From a virus, in the IMG/VR virus record IMGVR_UViG_3300032246_002821, positions 32,001 through 96,000 of that record: 64,000 nt of DNA. One strand, written 5' to 3'. The notes beneath the pieces are model-generated. The model ran no database searches and had not been told where the DNA came from. It was given only the letters and a program-made list of their open reading frames with translations. Position numbers and translations under genes: made by a program. Positions 57,035 through 64,000 of this stretch are shown piece by piece (within the stretch, counting starts at the first letter, position 1; each line of letters starts with the position of its first letter).

Positions 57035-58097
57035 CAATATTATCCTCTGGTTCAATTAAAACTCGCTGTTTGCCAAGTTCGGCATACTTAGCACCAAACT
57101 CTTGCATAACCACATCTAATTTGTCGTCTGTCCAGCCTTTGCGGAACTCCTTGATAATTTCACCAGTTACTGGGCTAGTATAGCTGAGCTTGTTGCCATC
57201 CTTTACCAACATGCCCTGTGACTCGAACATCTCCAACAGTCCCGAATATGGGCTCATTCCAGTGCTATAGGGAATCTTTACCTGCACACTCTCGAAAGGT
57301 TTGGCATATCGGGTTTTCATGACCTTGCAAGCAGCGCGAATGCCATTTACCTCTGATGTCTTGTTGCCATCCTCATCTTCTTTCAGCTTGAGCTTACGCA
57401 TAGCAACCACGATGCTACTGGCATAGATAAAGCCCTGACCACCTGAGATCTTGTCATCAGGATCGAACATATCCTGTGATGCATAGGTGTGATTGGTAGC
57501 CACGATACCGATGTTCAAGCTGCCGATCATATTCACCGTGTTACGCACCAGGCTTGTCAGTGCTTTAGGCTTACGACCCATATCACCCTTCATATCACCA
57601 GCTTCAAACTGGTTAACGTCAGTGGGTGTGAGCAACATACCCAGGCTGTCTATAACGAACAGCACCTTGGGACGATCTTCTATGGATAGTGCCTTGTAAC
57701 CTTTGATAAATTCACTAATGGTCTTGGCCACATCATCGATCATAGCCATGTTAAGTTTCAGCAGTTTATCTTCGCTGGTGTCCACGCCCAGTGCTTTGAG
57801 CCAATCTTCATCCAGAGCATTTTCGCTGTCGATCAGGATCACATAGATGCCCTGCTCTTGTGCGTTCTTGACGATGTTGCCTGAGCAAATGTAGCTCTTG
57901 CCTGCACCAGATTCACCAGCGAACACTGTGACCTTGCCCAGTGGGATGCCACGATTAAAGCTGCCTGAGATCAGGTAATTAAGTGTGTAATTGCCAGTGC
58001 TGACCCAATCTGTGGGATCATTGTATCCGATGCTGAGTCCATCGATACTCTTGGTTAAGTCTTTTCTGAATTTACTGATGTCGAAAGGTTTTGCCAT
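57027..58097 (-). CDS. uvsX: RecA/UvsX recombinase
   Basis: STGNYTLN..ISG, AGESGAGKS, DSENA, VIDSLGML, KTRYAKPF. Confidence 0.93.
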   Translation of the reverse strand: MAKPFDISKFRKDLTKSIDGLSIGYNDPTDWVSTGNYTLNYLISGSFNRGIPLGKVTVFAGESGAGKSYICSGNIVKNAQEQGIYVILIDSENALDEDWLKALGVDTSEDKLLKLNMAMIDDVAKTISEFIKGYKALSIEDRPKVLFVIDSLGMLLTPTDVNQFEAGDMKGDMGRKPKALTSLVRNTVNMIGSLNIGIVATNHTYASQDMFDPDDKISGGQGFIYASSIVVAMRKLKLKEDEDGNKTSEVNGIRAACKVMKTRYAKPFESVQVKIPYSTGMSPYSGLLEMFESQGMLVKDGNKLSYTSPVTGEIIKEFRKGWTDDKLDVVMQEFGAKYAELGKQRVLIEPEDNIDE

Positions 58098-58138
58098 TGT
58101 TTTTTCCTATGTGTGTATTATACTGTATATTGTCGCGT

Positions 58139-58912
58139 TCATAAAGAAAGAAATAGATTATTTTCAATATTTTTTGCGAATAAAGATCTGACTTTGCTCA
58201 TATCATCTGAGAAATTACCCAGTGGTATTTCCGTACCTGTGGGTTTGACATTTTTTGCTGTACAAAAATCCAGATACTCTTGAGGCAGAGCAAGCGTGTA
58301 GGGCCGAGACAGATTGAATTCCAGTTTACCGCCCAGTTTTTCATAACAGTTGGTATCTATGTCGAGAACATTGTCATCATAGTTCTGCCATTTATTGAAT
58401 GTGCATCTGCCCAGGTTATCATAATTGATTATGATGTTGAATTTACCCAGAGCCATCAGCTCGCTGTCATAAGGGTTGTCTATCTGCCACAGTTCCTGAT
58501 CATAATTTTTGTAAACAAAATAAAACATTTTTTCGATATGATGGCACAAGTGATTGACCTGATCAAATTCATAAGCTACGCCAGCTCGTGCAGCCAGGAT
58601 ACCAATGTTGGGATATTTGATGTACAATTTCACCCATTTTTCGTGTAATCTGTTGATGCTGTTTATATCTGTACAATCACTGCCCAAATCAAAAGGTTCC
58701 AATTTGCATTTCTGTAAAAATGAATTGGCCTTGGCCAGCACCTGATGCATTAGTGCAAACTTGTCTGTTTGAAAAAGTGTTTCATCTGGATGCAGGGTAA
58801 ATGTATTGAAAGCCTGTAGGCTAGTGATATAATATTCCACTATACCATAATACGCAGGAGATATAGGAATGAAGTCAACATAATCACCTGAATTTTGCCA
58901 CACCACTTTCAT
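58139..58912 (-). CDS. AT-rich hypothetical protein
   Basis: 257-aa ORF inserted between gp32 and uvsX. Confidence 0.6.
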   Translation of the reverse strand: MKVVWQNSGDYVDFIPISPAYYGIVEYYITSLQAFNTFTLHPDETLFQTDKFALMHQVLAKANSFLQKCKLEPFDLGSDCTDINSINRLHEKWVKLYIKYPNIGILAARAGVAYEFDQVNHLCHHIEKMFYFVYKNYDQELWQIDNPYDSELMALGKFNIIINYDNLGRCTFNKWQNYDDNVLDIDTNCYEKLGGKLEFNLSRPYTLALPQEYLDFCTAKNVKPTGTEIPLGNFSDDMSKVRSLFAKNIENNLFLSL

Positions 58913-58932
58913 AGAGATTTCCTAATAAAGAT

Positions 58933-58954
58933 GCGGGGTAGTTTCCTACCCCGC
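58933..58954 (-). terminator. Hairpin after gp32, probable terminator
   Basis: gcggggtag-tttc-ctaccccgc. Confidence 0.65.
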
Positions 58955-58962
58955 TTTATAAT

Positions 58963-59985
58963 TTAGGCAGTTTTACGGTTCCGGATCATAGCCAGGATTT
59001 CTGCTGCCCTGTCATTACCACCGGCCTTAGGAACGGCTGTGGTAACGGGTGCGGTTGCAGCCGCAACTTCGTCATCGGTCTCGAATGGGACCGAGTCGTC
59101 TACATCAGCAACCGGTGCAGGTGCTGATGCTGGACGAGCAATGGTCGCTGGGCGGGCAGCTGGTACATCATCTGTATCAGCATTGGAGTTGCCCCCCAGT
59201 CCGGCTGGTTTAAAATATTGTCCCCAGCGGCTTTCATCATATGTGGCACCATCCACTGATGCCTCAAACATTTCCTTCATGATCTTGAGCTCTGCACCTC
59301 CGGGCTTCTTGGGAAGGAATTCGCTCAGGTTATGTAAACCATACGCTTCAATAGCAGCACGTTCTGCCTGTGTCAGAGCCGACTCTTTGCGAGCCCACTT
59401 GCTGGTGGCATAATCTGCATACTGACCTTTGCTGGTCTTTGTGATGCTGAAGTCCAGTCCACGATCGAAATCTGTGGGCAGTTCTTCGATATCAGGATCT
59501 TTCAGTGCAGCGATGATCAGCGGATAGATGCTGGGGCTCACAACGAAACGACGGATGGGATTTTCAGGAGTGGTATCGTCAGCCAGTGGGTTATCACGCA
59601 CAAAACCCTGGAACACATAACTGCGCTTCTTCCAATACTTTTTGCCCATATCTTCCAGGCTCTTGTCCTTGAACCAGGTACGTACCTCGGTCAAGATCGG
59701 ACAAGTTTCGTTCCACATCTCAACGCAAGGGATCTGGACTGTCACAGGCTTGCTGTTCATCTGTCCTTTGATGCCTGCAAATGGCAAGCGGATCATCGCA
59801 CGTTCCACCCAGAAGAAGTCGTTCTTAGTGTCACCATCAGGCAAGAACCTGATACGTGCTGTGCTACCTTCTGGGATATTCCAATGTGGGTAAATTGCGT
59901 TGTCGCGACCGCCGCCGTTGTTGTTTCCGCCTGCGCGGTTCTCTTGTTGTGCAAGTTTTGCACGGATTTCTGCCAATGAAGCCAT
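58963..59985 (-). CDS. Single-stranded DNA-binding protein (T4 gp32-like)
   Basis: IRFLPDGD, PC.E......CPI, KYWKK.SY, G.DFSI.KT.KG.YADY..S.W, acidic C-terminal region. Confidence 0.9.
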   Translation of the reverse strand: MASLAEIRAKLAQQENRAGGNNNGGGRDNAIYPHWNIPEGSTARIRFLPDGDTKNDFFWVERAMIRLPFAGIKGQMNSKPVTVQIPCVEMWNETCPILTEVRTWFKDKSLEDMGKKYWKKRSYVFQGFVRDNPLADDTTPENPIRRFVVSPSIYPLIIAALKDPDIEELPTDFDRGLDFSITKTSKGQYADYATSKWARKESALTQAERAAIEAYGLHNLSEFLPKKPGGAELKIMKEMFEASVDGATYDESRWGQYFKPAGLGGNSNADTDDVPAARPATIARPASAPAPVADVDDSVPFETDDEVAAATAPVTTAVPKAGGNDRAAEILAMIRNRKTA

Positions 59986-60081
59986 AATTTGTTTTCCTTT
60001 TTCTATGTGCCTATAATGTGCCTAGACAATACAATTCTTTGTATTGTCTAGTATATAGCCTTCGATGTCAGTGATAATATA

Positions 60082-61143
60082 TTAATATAATCGGCTGGTG
60101 TCGATACCATATTCAGTCACTATACGCTGAATAAAGCCACATGTCAAATTATTATAATAGGCCAGAGGCACACCAGAATGTTTTTCCATATCGATAAGGA
60201 ATTTTACCAAGCTGATCTGTTGGAATTTTTTGTTAGAGTAATCCCGTACAGGTATGTTTAATTGGTCACAGGCCACCTGGTCTAGCACTGCTAGATTCAA
60301 GTATTTGGGGAATTCCAGATAATTGTCATCCACAGTCACCAATTTATCTGGTGGTTGACGGTAGACATAATCGTCAAACCCTGCCTTGTCGAAGATGGTG
60401 AGGCAATTTATCGTGTTGATAAATTCCACGTGTGTCACTTGTGGTATCTGATATAATTTTTGTTGATTTTTTTCAAACTTCTCTGCATCAAATCCCAGTC
60501 GTATTTTTTCAGCCACAGGCAGACTGCTATCCAGACTGACACTGATTTTTATTTCGCAGCCAGATGTCTTGCTGAAAAATTTATCCCAGATAGTCATTGT
60601 TTCTGGGCACAGATTACTGGTGATCTTATACAGTATGCCAGGTTTAAAAACATATTCATCTATGAATCTACTGAAATGTTTGCTCATAAACGGTTCGCCA
60701 CCCATTACCTGGATTTCAGTAAATTGGTCCTGTTCCAAAGCCGCTATTAGATCCGGTATATCCACCTGTTTGGTTAAGCTGTTTACTGGGGTATTCTTTA
60801 TGCTCTGCCAACGGCTGCTGAATTTGGGACCGCAATACAGACAAGTGAAATTACAGGTGTTATCAAAAGTTATCTCCACACTCTTGTGGTTTAAAGATCG
60901 ATTTTTATGATAACGTCTGCTGATCAGATTGTTTTTTTCAGCTTGCCAGCAATAGTCGCAACTGGGATCAGGTATACCGGCATCCAATGCAGCTTTCTGC
61001 TGTTGTATCGCTGGATGGTTTAACAGTGAACTCACGCTAGTGTCTGTGATATGTACCGGTGTGCTTTTACAGCAACTGGCTATCAACCCTGTGTGTAACC
61101 ATAGATTGATCTCTGAACCTTTGGCTCGGCAACTGTAATCCAT
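60082..61143 (-). CDS. Radical SAM protein with N-terminal extra Cys cluster
   Basis: CNFTCLYC, GGEP, N-terminal SCC and CDYCW. Confidence 0.85.
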   Translation of the reverse strand: MDYSCRAKGSEINLWLHTGLIASCCKSTPVHITDTSVSSLLNHPAIQQQKAALDAGIPDPSCDYCWQAEKNNLISRRYHKNRSLNHKSVEITFDNTCNFTCLYCGPKFSSRWQSIKNTPVNSLTKQVDIPDLIAALEQDQFTEIQVMGGEPFMSKHFSRFIDEYVFKPGILYKITSNLCPETMTIWDKFFSKTSGCEIKISVSLDSSLPVAEKIRLGFDAEKFEKNQQKLYQIPQVTHVEFINTINCLTIFDKAGFDDYVYRQPPDKLVTVDDNYLEFPKYLNLAVLDQVACDQLNIPVRDYSNKKFQQISLVKFLIDMEKHSGVPLAYYNNLTCGFIQRIVTEYGIDTSRLY

Positions 61144-61159
61144 ACTTTATATATGAAAA

Positions 61160-61178
61160 AGCCCGGCATTGCCGGGCT
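61160..61178 (-). terminator. Intrinsic terminator
   Basis: agcccggc-att-gccgggct followed on the minus strand by TTTTT. Confidence 0.75.
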
Positions 61179-61187
61179 AATCTGTTC

Positions 61188-63317
61188 TTAACGTAGGCCT
61201 GCCAACCAGGCTATCTTTTCTATGCTTGACTCTGCCACAGCATCGGCACTTTCAATAGTTGTCATACCAATACCAGGAGGCATTTTTTTGATCACATTGT
61301 CTCGTTCTTTCTTGTCTGCATTGTATGCAGGAGCATTGGGCACGTAGTGTTGATTGCCTTTTCTGTCTGTGTAGCTGTCTTTGACCGCTGGGCTAGTGTC
61401 AGCACCTAGATCTGCCGGACGGCGTGGTGGCAGTGGCACATTGCCAGTCTTGTCTGTGAAAGCTGTGTTGCTGAACATCTTGTTCAAACCTTCACGATCA
61501 GCTTGACTGGGTTGGCTAACAAAGGGATCTGCAATTCTTCTACTCTGATTATCAAAGCTAGCAGGACGATCAGCTTGACTGGGTTGGCTAACAAAGGGAT
61601 CTGCAATTCTTCTACTCTGATTATCAAAGCTAGCAGGACGATCAGATGGACTGGGTTGATCGCTTTCATTCTTCTGGAAGAACTGGCGAGCATCTGGCAT
61701 AGGAGCAGGACCGCTGTCTGGTGACATTTGTGGAATACCACTGTTTGGTGGCATTGGTGGAAGATAGTTTTCCTGATCCGGTGGGCCTTGGATACCGCTC
61801 AATGCTTTGAGTTTGTCTAGCACCTTTGAGTAGTAAGTATCATCAGTACTTTTTGCATATTTTGCGTGAACAGGTCTAATTGGATTATATGTGATGCCGT
61901 ACTGAGTACCCAAGTTAGCGATATCGCTACTTAAACCAGCATTATCTCTGTCCACTTTCGATCCAGGTGCGGCCATCGCCGCGCGATCATATGGAGTGGG
62001 TTCTGCTTCATCCTTGGTGCTGGTGCCACCACTGTCTGGTGCCATATCACCCGGACCTTCTTGAATACCGCTCAGTGTTTTGAGTCTGGCGATATCGTCA
62101 GATACCATTTCTTCACCTGGATGATCATTACTGTCCCACATGGTTTTAGTGCCTGTGCCTTGCAGTGTATAGGGATCAGGATTAATTCGGCCAGGGATAA
62201 CAGGCATATTCAATTCAGGTGCAGATTTTGGAGCAGCAGGTGGGGTAGACATTTTTGGTGCAGGGCCATCAGGTGTCTGCATGAATTTAGGAACATCTGC
62301 TTTGGGCGCATCTCTTCCACCACCCATAGAATATGGGTCCCGTCTGCCTGCCTGTGGTACGGTTGTAGGAGGCGGAGGAGGAGGGGCATCTAGACCACCA
62401 CCCATAGAATATGGGTCCTGTCTGCCTGCCTGTGGTACAGAAACTGGATTACTGGGCGGATTTTTCATCTTGGGAGCAGGTCCATCTGAACTTCCGCCAC
62501 CCCAGTCATAGGGATTAGGCTTGATAGGCGCAATAGGAGCAGTACCAGTTGGTGGTGGAACAGGTTTAGCGCCAGGACCGAAACCAGGAATTGGTTCATT
62601 TATTGTTAATAATGGTTTTTCACGAGGAGGAGTGCCTGGCTCTGGTGCGCCAGGTTGTTTCAATTGGGCAGGGTCTGGTCTGCTCATTTGGTTAGGAGGA
62701 ATATTTGCAGCAGGAGGAGTCATACCTGTTGTGCTGCCAGGACCGAATTGACCGCCAGGTGCGGTTGGACTGGGTGTAGCAGGTGCTGGTGCTGGTTTAG
62801 CAGGTGCGGGTGTTGCTGGTTGTGTTGGCGCAGCAGGACGATAGGCCTGTTGATCAGGATTCAGATTCTTCTGGATCACGTCAGGATCGTTTGCTCCGCC
62901 CTTACGTGCAGTCAAACCTTTTTGTTGGTTCATATACTGGCCCAGTGTGGCATTGGGATTGCCGACTTCTTTTCTAAACTGATCCAATTGATCTTTGGTA
63001 ACAACAGGTGCTTTAGCAGCTGGTGCCGGGGCAGCGGGTGCTGGTTTAGCAGTTTCAGGCCCAGGAGTGCTGAAGAATCTGGTGTTGTCACCAGGCATCT
63101 TGTCGAAACGGCCTTTTTCATCGCCATACAAGCCAGGACCGGCCTGTGATTTAGTGCCCAGTGGAACCACAGGACCGCCATCGCCGGGATCACGATAATA
63201 TTGTCTGCCATCGTCAGCAGGCGCAGCAGACTTTTTAGGTGCTTCTGCGATATTGAATTCGTTCAGCTGTAGACCAGCTAATTTTTTCATTTCGTTCAAA
63301 GGGTCTTTGTTGGCCAT
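61188..63317 (-). CDS. Pro-rich low-complexity protein, probably an internal head protein
   Basis: TAAATA at 63343-63348; four L.LAG(L/I)-type motifs; internal tandem repeats. Confidence 0.7.
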   Translation of the reverse strand: MANKDPLNEMKKLAGLQLNEFNIAEAPKKSAAPADDGRQYYRDPGDGGPVVPLGTKSQAGPGLYGDEKGRFDKMPGDNTRFFSTPGPETAKPAPAAPAPAAKAPVVTKDQLDQFRKEVGNPNATLGQYMNQQKGLTARKGGANDPDVIQKNLNPDQQAYRPAAPTQPATPAPAKPAPAPATPSPTAPGGQFGPGSTTGMTPPAANIPPNQMSRPDPAQLKQPGAPEPGTPPREKPLLTINEPIPGFGPGAKPVPPPTGTAPIAPIKPNPYDWGGGSSDGPAPKMKNPPSNPVSVPQAGRQDPYSMGGGLDAPPPPPPTTVPQAGRRDPYSMGGGRDAPKADVPKFMQTPDGPAPKMSTPPAAPKSAPELNMPVIPGRINPDPYTLQGTGTKTMWDSNDHPGEEMVSDDIARLKTLSGIQEGPGDMAPDSGGTSTKDEAEPTPYDRAAMAAPGSKVDRDNAGLSSDIANLGTQYGITYNPIRPVHAKYAKSTDDTYYSKVLDKLKALSGIQGPPDQENYLPPMPPNSGIPQMSPDSGPAPMPDARQFFQKNESDQPSPSDRPASFDNQSRRIADPFVSQPSQADRPASFDNQSRRIADPFVSQPSQADREGLNKMFSNTAFTDKTGNVPLPPRRPADLGADTSPAVKDSYTDRKGNQHYVPNAPAYNADKKERDNVIKKMPPGIGMTTIESADAVAESSIEKIAWLAGLR
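61494..61657. repeat. 72-bp coding tandem repeat, 2 full copies plus a partial copy
   Basis: Units start at 61494, 61566 and 61638 and encode SQPSQADRPASFDNQSRRIADPFV. Confidence 0.9.
62317..62438. repeat. Coding direct repeat (about 44 bp, period 78)
   Basis: ccaccacccatagaatatgggtcc(c/t)gtctgcctgcctgtggtac at 62317 and 62395, encoding VPQAGR(Q/R)DPYSMGGG. Confidence 0.85.
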
Positions 63318-63341
63318 CTCTTTTCCAGTATGTTGTTGTAA

Positions 63342-64000
63342 TTATTTATTCAATCCGGCTAATCTACGCAGCGTATTGATGCTTTCTGTTGTCTCGCCTG
63401 AGTTTTCCACCGGCTCGCTATTATTGGCAGGTTTGGGCATATTGGTGCTGTTGTTGGCAGAACTGGTACCACTTGCTGGATTGGCTGAACTGGTATCCAC
63501 AGGTTTAGGCGCAGTTATACCAGCTGGTCCAGCAGGTTGGGTAGGAGGTACTGGTGTACCCGCCGCAGTAGTTTTACTGGCATTGGGATCAGTGCTCATA
63601 GGAGCAGGTGTAGCTGGTTTAGGTTGTCCTGCAGGTACGCTCACTGCCACTTGGGCTTTGTCTGATTGCGGAGGTGTAGCTTCCGCCACTCCAGTTTCCT
63701 TGTAGTAAGCACGTTCACGCAATGTTTTGGCCATCTTGCTCAGAGCCTGAAGATCTAAGTTGCGGCTGTCTTCTATGCGACTTTTGGCCCAATCCCTTGT
63801 GCCATAACCTTGTTCTGTATTTTGTGGTTCTGCTAAATCCAGATATTTGTAATCAGGATGGCCTTTGTGTAACCTGCTGCGATAAATGCCAGGTCCCATT
63901 CTCTCCCAGTCTTTGCCCAGTTCACGGACTTTATGGGGAATATCCGCTAATCTATCACCAGAATACATCTCCAGCCATCTGTGATCCACGTCACGACCGC
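63342..64000 (-). CDS. Partial low-complexity protein (start probably beyond the window)
   Basis: Frame stays open to the window edge; ends ESINTLRRLAGLNK. Confidence 0.65.
   Translation of the reverse strand, partial: GRDVDHRWLEMYSGDRLADIPHKVRELGKDWERMGPGIYRSRLHKGHPDYKYLDLAEPQNTEQGYGTRDWAKSRIEDSRNLDLQALSKMAKTLRERAYYKETGVAEATPPQSDKAQVAVSVPAGQPKPATPAPMSTDPNASKTTAAGTPVPPTQPAGPAGITAPKPVDTSSANPASGTSSANNSTNMPKPANNSEPVENSGETTESINTLRRLAGLNK

Noticed and set aside
61494-62438. Direct repeats considered as a CRISPR array or DGR template
   Set aside because: The units are in-frame multiples of 3 with no unique spacers of CRISPR type, and no cas genes or reverse transcriptase are in the window
1-64000. 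Stop-codon reassignment (alternative genetic code)
   Set aside because: Core genes are full length in the standard code, and TAA, TGA and TAG all appear as apparent stops

Overview
This window is a 64 kb segment of a large T4-related (jumbo-type) tailed dsDNA phage genome, with almost all genes on the minus strand in the standard genetic code. The host is probably an Alphaproteobacterium, judged from the two-piece circularly permuted tmRNA with a GGCAGUA T-loop and ANDNF... tag, the Omp25/RopB-like porin and the YccA/BI-1 homologue. Left to right it contains: (i) hsp20, ribosomal protein bS21 and a radical SAM gene; (ii) a promoter-rich array of small accessory ORFs, including an ArfA-like gene missed by the ORF track and a family of translationally coupled paralogues ending in ...LRW; (iii) an autotransporter, a SleB hydrolase and the tmRNA; (iv) baseplate/tail genes (PAAR, a protein with a lysozyme-like tip, a large beta-propeller/pectate-lyase-like fibre); (v) glutaredoxin, nrdB and nrdA; (vi) probable virion genes, an exonuclease and a nucleotidyltransferase; (vii) a replication block (two DnaE-like ORFs, helicase, primase, gp62-like subunit, UvsW, an ATPase); (viii) tRNA-Ala, a porin and a ~10 kb nucleotide-sugar/glycosyltransferase cluster; (ix) uvsY, uvsX and gp32; and (x) Pro-rich repeat proteins. 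The most striking system is a phage-encoded ribosome-rescue and translation toolkit (ArfA-like, permuted tmRNA, bS21, tRNA-Ala) whose parts sit behind different promoter classes. All family assignments come from motif recognition by eye; no database searches were run.
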